A stretch of DNA of 63,999 nucleotides, counting the filler, from Octopus bimaculoides (lineage: Eukaryota): NCBI RefSeq assembly GCF_001194135.2. It is 6 parts of 6 records of this genome, joined end to end, with 100 filler letters (N's around TTAATTAATTAA, not from the genome) between each part and the next. Parts side by side here need not be neighbours in the genome. Positions count along the whole stretch, not along the records: positions 34,517 to 47,928 come from NC_069003.1; positions 48,029 to 60,730 come from NC_068988.1; 4 more parts are not named here. One strand, given 5' to 3'. Made by a program: the position numbers and the translations under genes. Below the pieces are notes generated by a model, which worked only from the letters and a program-made list of their open reading frames with translations, searched no databases and was not told the origin of the DNA. Below, piece by piece: positions 38,747 through 50,956 of the stretch (its first letter is position 1; each line of letters begins with the position of its first letter).

Positions 38747-38879
38747 AAATGGAAAAATAACATCTTAAAAGATTAACAGAATATAGGAATAAAAAAATGA
38801 TAGAAAACATAGATAAAGTAGAAAACAAAATAAAGTTTGTGATGGAAATCTCTGATTTTTGTTTACTTTTCTTTTGTAG

Positions 38880-38965
38880 TCAAATTGTGTCTTATTGGTT
38901 GTTGTTATCCGCAAGTTGTTCTCAGCCCAATGTGTACAAACGAAGACGGACAAAGAGCGAATCAA
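38880..38965 (+). CDS. aGPCR exon: TM5-ICL3
   Basis: cttttgtag/gtaagt; 86 nt, phase 0 to 2; SNCVLLVVVIRKLFSAQCVQTKTDKERI(K). Confidence 0.92.
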
Positions 38966-39841
38966 GTAAGTAATGCGCACACACAGCACCAGAACCTACG
39001 CACGCACACATACGCATACAGACAAAGGACTTAAGATGAGAGTAATAATAAATCTGAGGTGAAGAACGAATATGTAGTGTGTGAGTTTATTTGGCTAGAA
39101 AAAAAATGACCATCCCGACATATTACAATATCTGTTTCAACACACGATTTCACATCAGGAATCTTGCAAAACATCTTGCATACATACACACATGCTTCTA
39201 TACAATCATGATTTTCGATGAACTTAGAATAATTATGAATTTATTTTACTACCTATTTCGAACAATTTTATGTAAACTGTTTAAACAAAAAGCCCCTCTT
39301 AACATTTTCTTACCATTGTCAAAGACTGTATCATTGTATTTTAATACATTTATGATAACCATTTTTTAACACAACAAAGGCTACACAAAGCCTTACATTT
39401 TACTTATGAAAATCTTTCTTTAAAAAATGAAATCGGACTATAAACAGCTTTAAAAGACCTCTGCATTTTCAAATCCTCTTTCCTATATATTTTCACTCNN
39501 NNNNNNNNNNNNNNNNNNNNNNNNNNNNNNNNNNNNNNNNNNNNNNNNNNNNNNNNNNNNNNNNNNNNNNNNNNNNNNNNNNNNNNNNNNNNNNNNNNNN
39601 NNNNNNNNNNNNNNNNNNNNNNNNNNNNNNNNNNNNNNNNNNNNNNNNNNNNNNNNNNNNNNNNNNNNNNNNNNNNNNNNNNNNNNNNNNNNNNNNNNNN
39701 NNNNNNNNNNNNNNNNNNNNNNNNNNNNNNNNNNNNNNNNNNNNNNNNNNNNNNNNNNNNNNNNNNNNNNNNNNNNNNNNNNNNNNNNNNNNNATTTTGA
39801 GCAAATATATATATATATATATCTTTGTTTTTTCTTCTCAG

Positions 39842-39968
39842 AACTGGAGTGATCGCTTTAGCCGGAATGATACCATTGTTTGGAATTTCCTGGGTATTTG
39901 GCTTACTTTCCATAAACGAGAACCTCATCGTATTTGATTACCTGTTTGTTATCTTCAATTCATTACAG
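39842..39968 (+). CDS. aGPCR exon: TM6-ECL3-TM7
   Basis: ttcttctcag/gtaagt; 127 nt, phase 2 to 0; TGVIALAGMIPLFGISWVFGLLSINENLIVFDYLFVIFNSLQ, matching the canonical pLlG.tW.fG...fNslQ motif. Confidence 0.96.
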
Positions 39969-40176
39969 GTAAGTTCAAGGTGGAATGATTTAATATTGAG
40001 CGGGCTATCTCAATTCTTGGTATGAAAATAGATAATTTTGTGTACTAGGGTCCTTGTAATAGACGAGCCCCATCCCTCGAAACTGCAGGCCTTGTGCCTA
40101 TAATAGGAAGGATCATTATATTTATTGTTTTCTTTATTACCCCTGGTGCACCAGTCACGACTGGTATTATTTCTGT

Positions 40177-40289
40177 CTTCTTCTTCTTCTTCTTCTTCTT
40201 CTTCTTCTTCTTCTTCTTCTTCTTCTTCTTCTTCTTCTTCTTCTTCTTCTTCTTCTTCTTCTTCTTCTTCTTCTTCTTCTTCTTCTTCT
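40177..40289. repeat. (CTT)n microsatellite
   Basis: direct reading; source of the poly-E and poly-F pseudo-ORFs. Confidence 0.95.
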
Positions 40290-40334
40290 ATTTGAGCTCT
40301 TACTTTCATATCATATCTTTATTTCTTTACGCAG

Positions 40335-40376
40335 GGACTGTTCATTTTCATCTTCCATTGCGTCGCTTCAAAACAC
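40335..40376 (+). CDS. aGPCR exon: end of TM7
   Basis: tttacgcag/gtaagt; 42 nt, phase 0; GLFIFIFHCVASKH completes NSLQ|GLFIF. Confidence 0.95.
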
Positions 40377-40909
40377 GTAAGTATACGCTTTACAACTTTA
40401 CTATACGCTTCTCTGCTATGACAGACTTATAACAGCTTAAAACAATAGAACATCAACATCCAGAGCTAAAGTGAATAGCGGTTCGTGATGTAACTGGGAT
40501 AGTGAGCATTATTTCTCCGTTGAGAAGTAATGGCTAAATCCACCTTAACCCTTTAGCATTTAAGTTGGCTATATCCAGCCAAAAATATTCTCCTAGTTTT
40601 ATGTTCAAACTGGTTAGATCTGATCTCTCACACCAACCCTAAAATATGATTCTAAAAATGAACAGTTACCTCTTCAAAATCTCTAAGTTACAACATAATA
40701 CATGATATAAGCGCAGATATGGCTATGTGGTAAAGAAGCTCGCTTTGCAATCACATGGTTTCGGGTTCCGTTCCACTGCTTGGCACCTCGAGCAGGTGTC
40801 CTCTACTATAGTCCAAGGCCGACCAATCCCTTGTGAGTGAATTTCAAAAGCAAGACTTGTCTTGAATGATGTTGAGTTAAATATGGCGCTTGCAATTCTA
40901 TACTTTCAG

Positions 40910-40972
40910 TTCCGAAAAGCATTGAGAGATACATTCAAGAAACGTACCTACACCAGCAGGTCAAAGACACAG
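40910..40972 (+). CDS. aGPCR exon: helix 8 / proximal C-tail
   Basis: tactttcag/gtaagg; 63 nt, phase 0; FRKALRDTFKKRTYTSRSKTQ, a basic amphipathic segment as expected after TM7. Confidence 0.85.
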
Positions 40973-41310
40973 GTAAGGAATCAGTCATCCATCTTGTTTC
41001 ATTAGAATTATTTTTCAAGAACATGGCAGCAAGTTGGTTGAATCAATAAGACTGAAATTTGGGAATATGCGCATAAAGATCAATAGTATGGGATACATGT
41101 CTCATGATTACAATATTTTTAGGGTGTGTAAAGAGGGAAAGAACCCTCATGTGCAATTTTGATGAAATTCGAATCATATGTATTCCAGTTTCTTACAGAA
41201 AATATAACAGAAAAGTCTCATTCTTCAATTGCATGTAACTCGGGCAACGTCGGGTATCTCTGCTAGTTTTGCTATAAAATACTCACTGCGGAGAGACTTT
41301 TTGAACACCC

Positions 41311-41342
<32 letters not shown>

Positions 41343-41909
41343 CGTGTGTGTGTGCGTGCGTGTGTATGTATATGTTTACACACACATGTATATATACATA
41401 AATACAGTTTTTCTTTCATCTATTNNNNNNNNNNNNNNNNNNNNNNNNNNNNNNNNNNNNNNNNNNNNNNNNNNNNNNNNNNNNNNNNNNNNNNNNNNNN
41501 NNNNNNNNNNNNNNNNNNNNNNNNNNNNNNNNNNNNNNNNNNNNNNNNNNNNNNNNNNNNNNNNNNNNNNNNNNNNNNNNNNNNNNNNNNNNNNNNNNNN
41601 NNNNNNNNNNNNNNNNNNNNNNNNNNNNNNNNNNNNNNNNNNNNNNNNNNNNNNNNNNNNNNNNNNNNNNNNNNNNNNNNNNNNNNNNNNNNNNNNNNNN
41701 NNNNNNNNNNNNNNNNNNNNNNNNNNNNNNNNNNNNNNNNNNNNNNNNNNNNNNNNNNNNNNNNNNNNNNNNNNNNNNNNNNNNNNNNNNNNNNNNNNNN
41801 GGATCCACATAAGATTTAGTTGCTAAAATTCATCTGCAATAAATCAGTTATACTTCTACAATTCACAAAATATCTTAACTTTCTTTTTATACAATTCCTA
41901 ATATGTGAT

Positions 41910-42216
41910 GGAGGCGCAATGGCCCAGTGGTTAGGGCAGCAGAATCGCGGTCGGAGGATCGCGGCTTCGATTCCCAGACCGAGCGTTGTGTGTGTTTATT
42001 GAGCGAAAACACCTAAAGCTCCACGAGGCTCCGGCAGGGGCTGGTGGCGACCCCTGTTGTATTTTTTCGCCCCAACTTCTCATTCTTTCTTCCCGTTTCT
42101 TGAGTAACGCTGCGATGGACTGGCGTCCCGTCCAGCTGGGAGGAACACATACGCCATAGAAACCGGGAAACCGGGCCCATGAGCCTGGCTAGGCTTTAAA
42201 AGGGCGCATAAAAAAA
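41910..42216 (+). mobile_element. SINE with family D head/body and a different 3' module
   Basis: D-like to ~42090, then ctgcgatggactggcgtcccgtccag..gaaaccggg..aagggcgcata(A)n. Confidence 0.82.
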
Positions 42217-42385
42217 TATATAATATTATAAGAATATAATAGGATTTTTTAAATATCGAATCGCTATGAGGATACTGCCAAGTAAAATAGGAATCTAAAG
42301 AGTGCGTAGTTTAAAATTGCTTAAGAAACACTGATTTATATTCTTTGTGTTGACTATTTTTAATTATATTATATTATTTCTTCAG

Positions 42386-42430
42386 AACTATGACGATGAG
42401 GGTGACCTACCCGATTATCTATGTTTAGAC
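42386..42430 (+). CDS. aGPCR C-tail micro-exon
   Basis: tttcttcag/gtaagt; 45 nt, phase 0; NYDDEGDLPDYLCLD; membership inferred from strong splice sites and phase. Confidence 0.72.
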
Positions 42431-43734
42431 GTAAGTATTTCAACAAACTTTCATATACATACATACATACATACATACATACATACATACATACATACAT
42501 GCATACATACATACATGGTGGTTGTCTACTCCTTAAACAGAGTTTGACCACCTCCTGCACCTACACCTTAGCCCTTTCATGGCGTCTGATGTGGCTTTTT
42601 AAACCAGACAGTGTNNNNNNNNNNTTTACATTTTTCCTTAAATGTCTCTCTCTTGAGCCCTGCTTGCATCATCCTGGCCTCTTCAAATGCTTTCACTCCA
42701 CTCCACACTCCATACATACATACATACATACATACATGCATACATACATACATACATACATTCATACATACATACATACATACATACATACATACAGAAC
42801 ATCATACTTTTTTTACTCGCTTATTTGTTTCAGACATAAGTCTGCAGCCATGTTGGAGCATCGCCTTGAAGGATTTAGTATTTTTGTTGTTGTTGTTATT
42901 TTAAAAACTACTATTTATTTTACCGTTCCCTTTTACTGATCTACTACATTACGAGGACGTCAACAAACCAATACCCTTTGTCAAGAGCTGTGGGCGGACA
43001 TCCAAAGAAATGCACATTCATACGTGCATTCACATATATATATATATGTATGTATAAGTGTGGATGTGTGCCGGTGTGTATACATATATANNNNNNNNNN
43101 NNNNNNNNNNNNNNNNNNNNNNNNNNNNNNNNNNNNNNNNNNNNNNNNNNNNNNNNNNNNNNNNNNNNNNNNNNNNNNNNNNNNNNNNNNNNNNNNNNNN
43201 NNNNNNNNNNNNNNNNNNNNNNNNNNNNNNNNNNNNNNNNNNNNNNNNNNNNNNNNNNNNNNNNNNNNNNNNNNNNNNNNNNNNNNNNNNNNNNNNNNNN
43301 NNNNNNNNNNNNNNNNNNNNNNNNNNNNNNNNNNNNNNNNNNNNNNNNNNNNNNNNNNNNNNNNNNNNNNNNNNNNNNNNNNNNNNNNNNNNNNNNNNNN
43401 NNNNNNNNNNNNNNNNNNNNNNNNNNNNNNNNNNNNNNNNNNNNNNNNNNNNNNNNNNNNNNNNNNNNNNNNNNNNNNNNNNNNNNNNNNNNNNNNNNNN
43501 NNNNNNNNNNNNNNNNNNNNNNNNNNNNNNNNNNNNNNNNNNNNNNNNNNNNNNNNNNNNNNNNNNNNNNNNNNNNNNNNNNNNNNNNNNNNNNNNNNNN
43601 NNNNNNNNNNNNNNNNNNNNNNNGTGTGTGTGTGTGTGTGTGTGTGCGTGCGTGCGTGTGTATTTGTCCCCATCACTGCTTGACAACCGGACTTGGTGTG
43701 TCCATGTGCCTGTAGCTTAGTAGTTCGGTAGAAT

Positions 43735-44150
43735 CATTATCACACTGGGTGAAATGCTCAGCGGCATTTCGTCTGTCTTTACCTTTTGAGTTCAAATCCC
43801 GCCGTGGGTGACTTTGCCTTTCATCCTCTTTTAGGGTTGATAAAATAAGTACAAGTTAAGCACTGGAGTCAATGTAATCGATTTACCCTTCCTCCGAAAT
43901 TGCTGGCCTTGTGCCAAAATTTGAAACCAGTGTAAAGGCAGCTAGCTGATAGAATCGTCACAGAACCGGGCAAGATGCTTTGTGGCGTTTCGTTCTTCTT
44001 TACATTCTGAGTTCAAATTCCGCCGAGGTCGATTTTGCCTTTCAATCATTTTAGGGTCGATAAGATAAATATTAATTAAGCACTGGGGTCGATGCAATCG
44101 ATTTACCCCCTCACCCAAATTGCTGGTCTTGTGTCAAAATTTGAAACCAA
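43735..44150 (+). mobile_element. Two tandem family B SINE copies in an aGPCR intron
   Basis: units end ggccttgtgccaaaatttgaaacca at ~43928 and ggtcttgtgtcaaaatttgaaacca at ~44150. Confidence 0.82.
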
Positions 44151-44237
44151 TATAAAGTAAATTTCTAAAATATCTCATGACTAATTTGACCTCCAACTAT
44201 CTAACAATACCCAACAATTTGTTTTCTTATTTTACAG

Positions 44238-44261
44238 TCGTTAGGAAACAATCAACATGAC
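44238..44261 (+). CDS. aGPCR C-tail micro-exon
   Basis: cttattttacag/gtaagt; 24 nt, phase 0; SLGNNQHD. Confidence 0.65.
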
Positions 44262-45762
44262 GTAAGTTCATCTTTATTAACTCTTTCATTCTCACCTCCA
44301 TTTTGCCTCTTTCTTCCCTTCTGTATTGTTCAAAAGGACTGCATCGTTCAGGTTAACGTATACTTTGTATGCTGTATATATTTTTATCGCAACCATACGT
44401 GCTCCCTCCAACTGCTCGTGCTCTTGATGAGAGATGCACTTATTGTCAGCCACCAAGTAACATCCTCAACTGGTTATGGTCAAGCAATTGGCAAGGAAAT
44501 CTGCTGTGCTGTGGCTCATCTTTTACACCATTGCTGTTGTTATTGTTATTGACTGTAGCCATCAAAGTTACCCTAGAGTACAGATATATGAAGCCCAATA
44601 CACCCATCAGAACTACCCGTCTGATAAGGATACATCAGTCACATGCATCACAACGATATGTGCGCAGCATTGTGATCTCATATCAAGATAAACATCGCAT
44701 GACCTTGCAGGTGGGACCCAGTTAGAATTTTCTTCAGGTCGAGTAGGTTTGTTTTAAGGATGATGAACACCCATGGTTCCAGAGGTGAATTATTCAAACC
44801 CCAAAGAATTCTTCTCAGCACATAGCTATGATGCTCCCCCATAAGGTAATAGGCGTAGATGCATATCTCAAGGGTTATTTAACTTTCATCAGTACCTCAT
44901 TCAACCCATCAACTATTCACAAACGCATTGCTTAAATACCCACTAAGTTTGACGGTGTAACACTACTGGATATACCAATTTACATATTAAGCACATTCTT
45001 GGCAACTGGTAACTGGTACGTAAATGTCAATTGTTAGCAAGGACGCAGAATATCGTTTTGCGAGCATAATAAGTTACCGAGTGTATTAAAGGTTTACAAA
45101 TCGATATTGTGTTTTAATTTTGCGCTAGCAATGCAATTTTCCATCGAAATCAGGGCCAGCACTGCAAGTTACGACGTTTATTCAAACAATGCGTAATAGA
45201 TGTATATGAATATTTCAAGAGTTATTGCCCTTTAATTAGTACTCCCGCCCATCTAATTCCTCAACTATCCATGAACACATTGCTTATATACTCACTAGGT
45301 TTAGCTGAGTAACATAATTGTATGGACCAATTTGAATATAAAACGCATTCCTGATAACTGATACGTATATTTAATCGCTGGCATGGTCACAGCATTTCGT
45401 TTTGTAACTATAGTGTACTGCCGTGTATAAGCAATAGTTTTCATTAACATATTAGTATAAGCTTCCATATATGTGGATGATATTCCGAATAACGCAGGCA
45501 GAATGATCCTTTTGCTACATCCATGTGATGCATCTTTAGGATGATGATGATAGTGGCGGCGGCGGCGGTGGTGGTGGTTATGTAGATGATGATAGTGATG
45601 ACCATGATGATTGCCAATATTTTGTACAACAAAGAGGGGAGGTGGTAGAATTATTAGTGCGCCGAGCAAAATGCTCAGCGGCACAAGAAACCAACATATC
45701 TTGTACAGCGACATTTTGTTACTTTCTTTGATATGATAATTTTCTTTTCCTGTTTCCTTCAG

Positions 45763-45849
45763 GGTTACGAAGACGTAAACACCATACAGGGAAACAATTG
45801 GGGCCATACGAATCAAAATTTTGAGAATGAGACCAGCTGGGGCATGCCG
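45763..45849 (+). CDS. aGPCR C-tail exon
   Basis: tgtttccttcag/gtaagc; 87 nt, phase 0; GYEDVNTIQGNNWGHTNQNFENETSWGMP. Confidence 0.72.
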
Positions 45850-46549
45850 GTAAGCAATTCAAAATTGACTTCTCCCCTTTTCGCATCAAAATCATTCATT
45901 TTGTTTTGAGAATAGGTTTTTATTTTATCATTTCCTTTTAGCCAAACAAATCGGTCTCAGGGCTTTTTTTTTCAAATCTGTCATTTTTCCTGAAACTGTT
46001 AAAATACCAGGATGCAAAGAAGCCAACACTTATTATCAAGCGATAGGGCTGTACAAACACACATACACACACTACACATTCATCCCACCCTTCAATCGGA
46101 GCAATGACAATGAATTTCATACCATGAACTCCCAGGGAGTATCATCGTAAGGAGGTTCAATTTCTGAAGGGCTGCTTCAATGGCCCCACTGCCCCCCCCC
46201 CATTGTTACTGCATTTACATCGCTCCTACGCTTATTGGTTAAACTATGATCAGTATCAGTGTTTAGCACAATTGCAGAAATAAGTTCCATTACAGAAGGG
46301 TAGCGGGCCGCGAAGCAGCTCGATAGTGGGTTTCAAAGGTGCCCTCCGCTGGAGCAAACCTGAATACCGCCCGAAGGGCGGCTTCAAGGTTAGTAATATT
46401 CAATTTAAGACTTTTTAAACATCGAATGACTATGAAGGTCCACCTGAGTAAAAAAAAAGGGACCCAAAGGGATTTGTAGGTAATAACGAGGTTGGGACAA
46501 ACTGTTGTATACAATATTTCTATCTCATTATCTACAATTTCTTTTACAG

Positions 46550-46603
46550 ATGGAGGCTTATCCAAATTCAAGTGTGCCTCAAAGACAAATACATCTATGG
46601 AAT
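46550..46603 (+). CDS. aGPCR C-tail exon (last visible; stop-containing exon not found)
   Basis: tttcttttacag/gtaagt; 54 nt, phase 0; MEAYPNSSVPQRQIHLWN. Confidence 0.65.
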
Positions 46604-46715
46604 GTAAGTAAATATTGTAATGGCTTTTGTATTTTCTCTGTACTGGAGCTGACCTACAGACACCTGGGTGGCGTTCATTACTGTAATTTTTTTCACCTTT
46701 TATCTTTTGTCTGTT

Positions 46716-46950
46716 TCAGTCATTAGACTTCGGCCATGCTGGGGCACCATCTTGAATAGTTTTAGTCGAACAGATTAATCCTAAGACTGTTTTTGAAGCT
46801 TAGTACTTATTCTATCGGCCGTTTCTGCCGAACCGCCAAGTTGCGGGACATAAACACACCAACATCGGTTGTCAAGTAGTGGTGTCGGACAAACACAGAC
46901 ACAAAGACACACACACATACCCACATCGATATATACGACGGGATTCTTTC
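46716..46950 (-). mobile_element. SINE family A tail module, fused to the mariner fragment
   Basis: tgtttcagtcatt..ggccatgctggggcacc..gccgaaccgccaagttgcgggac.., ending cgacgggattctttc. Confidence 0.75.
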
Positions 46951-47781
46951 CAAATTATTTTGAAGACTGCGGAATAAATGATAATTAGATGGGGCAATGT
47001 CCGGCGAATATGGTGGTTGGGGTAACGTTCACAATTCAAGCTGCTCCAGTGTTTAGAAATATCATCCTCACTGTACGTGGTCGAGCATTATCCTGAAAGA
47101 AGAAAACCTTTCGACTTGAAACCAAAGTACTGACTTAAGTCACTCAAGCTGCTCGCAGTAGATCTCCTTTGTTATCATTTGGTTTGGGTAAAAAAGTTCA
47201 AAGTGGACTAAACTTTTCAAATCCCACCTAACAGATAACAATACCTTACGTGGGCGAAGACTTTCTTTAGCCTGGGGTTCCGGTGTTTCTCCTTTCCTTA
47301 CCCACTGTCTCTGGCGCTTGGCATTTTTATAGAGAGCCCATTTCTCGTCACCGGTTACTATTCGGTCCCTGAGACGTGACAACAACGAAGAGAACACATT
47401 CACTCTCTGCGTGCAATTGGACTAGGGAGGTTTTTGAAGAACCCATTGACATAATTTGCTGACTTTTCTCATGGCACGCAGGTGTCGATGAATGGTTGAA
47501 TGTCCAAATCCAAGCTTTTCTGCTAGTTACTTCACAGTTACGATGGGATTTTGTTTCACCAGGGTTTGCAGGATATTTTCATCGAGCTCTGCAGATCTTC
47601 CAGAACGAGGCTCGTCTTTTAGGCTGCAGTTTGTAGTTTGTAGTTTCTAGGTTTGTAGGCTTACGCTTATTGTCTGATCCCCATAAACTGCATTAATATT
47701 CTTCGCACTTCCCGTTGCGTTGTCGCCTTTATTGGACTCATAAAGCAAAATATGTCGAATATGCTCCTTTGTCACTTCCAT
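46951..47781 (-). pseudogene. Decayed mariner (DD34D-type) transposase
   Basis: ATG at 47781 gives MEVTKEHIRHILLYE..; later LKDEPRSGRS, LAEKLGFGHSTIHRHL, IVTGDEKW (~47340-47360), QDNARP (~47078-47095) and PPYSPDIAPSNYHLFRSLQNNL (~46951-47015); several stops and frameshifts. Confidence 0.92.
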
Positions 47782-47928
47782 TATAGCTTTGAAAAAATAA
47801 CTGTTAAAATCGAACTACACTCTTCAAAACTTGCACTAACAATAAGGAGAAGGTAAAATTACTACCTGCTTTTATAGCAAGTTGATGCAGGTAGTTTATC
47901 CCCTTCCTCTCCTGAATTTTAGTTCATG

Positions 47929-48028
47929 NNNNNNNNNNNNNNNNNNNNNNNNNNNNNNNNNNNNNNNNNNNNTTAATTAATTAANNNNNNNNNNNNNNNN
48001 NNNNNNNNNNNNNNNNNNNNNNNNNNNN
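47929..48028. other. Artificial 100-bp scaffold spacer
   Basis: 44 N + TTAATTAATTAA (47973-47984) + 44 N. Confidence 0.9.
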
Positions 48029-48139
48029 TATGAAAAAAAGGATTTAATGTTAGAAGAGTATAATGTATTCTGAAAGTGTTTCAAGAGAATTCCTAGTATT
48101 TCTCTTTCCCAGAATTCGTTTCCCTTTAATGCCGTAGAT

Positions 48140-48419
48140 CAGGGGTTCTCAAAGTAGGCAGTATTGCCCAACCCCCTGGGGACAGTGGAAAGTTCCAAGG
48201 GGGCGCTGAAGAAAAGAGGGGCGATAATGGGGTAGCGATTCATGTAGAAACAACAAAATAATGGGTTCGTTGGGTTAAGCTTTATTTGTGAAATACGGTT
48301 GCCTTGAATTTGCTTCAGAAACAGGTCTATGTTTGTGATAGTTAGTTGGGGGTGGGGGAACTAGGAATGTGGCCTGGGTGTCAAGGGGGCAGCAGCCCGA
48401 AAAAGTTTGGGAACCACTG
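48140..48419. mobile_element. hAT (Charlie/Buster-like) MITE with perfect 8-bp TSD
   Basis: termini caggggttctcaaa...tttgggaaccactg; ccgtagat duplicated at 48132-48139 and 48420-48427. Confidence 0.88.
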
Positions 48420-48780
48420 CCGTAGATGATATTGTATCTGTTTAGTACCAATTCGTGCAGATCTATAATTAAAGACATTACAAGTGTGACTACGTGTTTT
48501 TTCGTGCATTTTATAACTGGGCCCACAAAATCTATTGTGATTCGATGGAGATTTAATGGATGTGTCAAACCACCATGTAGATATTCCTTCATTGATTCGT
48601 TTTTACACTAACTTTACTTTTGTTTTGCATTAATTGTAAATATTGCAGAAAAAATATTTACACCTACATTTGTAACTTATGGAGAGTGATTTCTACTGAT
48701 TAGGACAAGATTTATGAAGTCCACGTCTACAAAGGAAATAAAACTTTAATTTTTGATTATAGAAAGAAAATTGATCTCAC

Positions 48781-48852
48781 CTTTAAACCAGGTAATCCCA
48801 ATAAACCACGTGGGCCAGGCGGGCCAGAGGGGCCAGGAGGGCCGGGCGTGCC
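48781..48852 (-). CDS. Collagen exon (Gly-X-Y), last visible
   Basis: minus-strand tttaacag/gtgaga; 72 nt; GTPGPPGPSGPPGPRGLLGLPGLK. Confidence 0.95.
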
Positions 48853-49161
48853 CTGTTAAATATAAACACAAGGGATTAAAATTGTTTAAAATAGTCAAAC
48901 ATATTTAATAAACAGGCAAAAACAGATAAAGATTTCGTTTCAAAATGAAACTAACTTGAAGAAAAGGGCCCAACCGTCCCAAAACACAGTTGAATGGTTT
49001 TTATTAATTGCAGGCGTTTGATACAGCGAAAGCATTAGGAATAAATGATAATAGTATATTGAAAAAGTTGTTTTAATTAATCTAAATGCGATGGGTCACC
49101 CATTTCATGAGGAGGAAAAGATTTATACTGGAAATCAAAATGCTGTGACTGATTTAAATAT

Positions 49162-49547
49162 CGTCGTGGTACTCCGTCGGTGACGACGACGAGGGTTCCA
49201 GCTGATCCGATCAACGGAACAGTCTGCTCGTGAAATTAACGTGCAAGTGGCTGAGCACTCCACAGACATGTGTACCCTTAACGTAATTCTCGGGGAGATT
49301 CAGTGTGACACAGAGTGTGACAAGGCTGGCTCTTTGAAATACAGGTACAACAGAAACTGGAAGAAAGAGTGAGAAAAAGTTGTGGTGAAAGAGTACAGCA
49401 GGGTTCGCCACCATCCCCTGACGGAGCCTCGTGGAGCTTTAGGCGTTTTCGCTCAATAAACACTCACAACCCCCGGTCTGGGAATCGAAACCGCGATCCT
49501 ACGATCGCAAGTCCACTGCCCTGACCACTGGGCCATTGCGCCTCCAC
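49162..49547 (-). mobile_element. SINE family D, full-length with perfect 11-bp TSD
   Basis: gatttaaatat at 49151-49161 and 49548-49558; tRNA-like head with tggcccagtgg and gtttcgattccc boxes. Confidence 0.9.
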
Positions 49548-50214
49548 GATTTAAATATGACGTAAACGAGACAGGGAGATAGAGAGAAAAAATAAGATAC
49601 AGACATAAAGCAACGTGGAAATGGAGTAATTTTAACATCACTTTTAATTGTTTCAGTCACTGGACTGCAGCCATGCTGGAGCAGCGCTCTAAAGTGTTTA
49701 GTGGGATAAATCATGAAATATCGCTTCTGTTTGTATTATGTTGCCCTGATGCATCTGGAAAGCGAACTAACGTCGTCAACATTCAATGAAGTGCACGGTA
49801 GTTAGTCACGCTCGTTTGACTCATTGCTATGGTGTAAAGTGAAACTCCTCGCGTCATTTGCAGCTTTCATATCCTTCAGGTTCTTCTTTCTCTCTTAGTG
49901 CATTTAAAAAAGAAATATTTATAACTCACTGCAGTCCACTGCTTTCATATTTTTCAGTTATTAAACGACATAATTTGAATGGCATTTCCTCCATGCTGGT
50001 CAGTCTTTAGCACTTACTCAGTAAATGATGTTTGTTGTATCTTTAATTGCTTGTTTCCTGTTGGAATTTATAAGTGACAACATTTCGTCGTCGGATGCAA
50101 TTGTCTGAAACTTTGATAGTCCGGTTAATTCTAATTTAATTCTGCTTCGAGATCTCTAATTCAAATTCCTGTTTAGATAATATTTTTCTTCTTAAACACA
50201 AAATAATATACATA

Positions 50215-50480
50215 GGTCTGTCATTAACCCTAAGACTCACTGGAACGATGCTTAACTTCCATGGCGTATAAGCGACTGAGAAAATCACACCTCCCCTGAA
50301 CGGGACGCCAGTCCTTTGCAGGGTTAACTTCACGACTATTCTGGAATTCATTGAAAACTGAATGAGTTTGAGCAACGTGAAACGAAGTATTTTGCTCAAA
50401 ATAACACAACACACCGCCTTCTCAGGAATCGAAATCACGATTTTACGATCATGAGTGCAACACCTTAACCACTTGAGCCT
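50215..50480 (-). mobile_element. SINE family C with the gactggcgtcccg module
   Basis: minus strand: gtggttaaggtgttgcactcatg head, ctgcaaaggactggcgtcccgttcagggg module. Confidence 0.7.
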
Positions 50481-50929
50481 TCACTCAATGAAACACAATT
50501 CATAATCACAGATGAAAGCATGTCACCATCATAGGGTATGTCACCCTATTAAGTTTTAAGCTCCTGACAAATCCGTAAGCTGTAAAGCTAATTATCATAT
50601 AGCTATTATAAATAAGCGACCCATATTTCTGGAGAAGTCCCAACAAGGACACAGCTTCACCAACCAAAGATATTAAATTTCATACCCCATCACTTGCTCG
50701 CTAGGTTAACGGCTTCGTAGCAATCGTAATTTTTCAAAAGAGTGTAGACTTTGTAAATGAATCGAAATAGTTACGGATTTATTTCCACAAGACTTTACAT
50801 TAAAAAACAGAAATGTTTTGGCCAGGAATTTTGACATGTTTATTTTCATGTAAATCTTTTGAATACTTTCGCTGGAATTCCTATGTTTAAGTATTAATTA
50901 AACACCAATTTTGAATGAATAAAACTTAC

Positions 50930-50956
50930 CGGAACGGCATCACCACCGCCAATTCC
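50930..50956 (-). CDS. Collagen micro-exon (interruption)
   Basis: minus-strand atatttcag/gtaagt; 27 nt; GIGGGDAVP. Confidence 0.82.

Noticed and set aside
40010-40432. Poly-Glu and poly-Phe ORFs
   Set aside because: Produced by an intronic (CTT)n tract; the real exon is 40335-40376.
41910-41985. tRNA genes at SINE heads (also 49470-49547, 28865-28930 and others)
   Set aside because: They have A/B boxes but continue into SINE bodies and lack intact acceptor stems.
45301-45816. 171-aa minus-strand ORF with a His-rich patch
   Set aside because: It crosses a family B SINE fragment and (GAT/GGT) triplet repeats, is antisense to a real aGPCR exon and has no recognisable domain.
46603-48781. Convergent aGPCR-collagen gene pair with possibly overlapping 3' ends
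   Set aside because: An artificial spacer (47929-48028) separates them, so the adjacency is unsupported.
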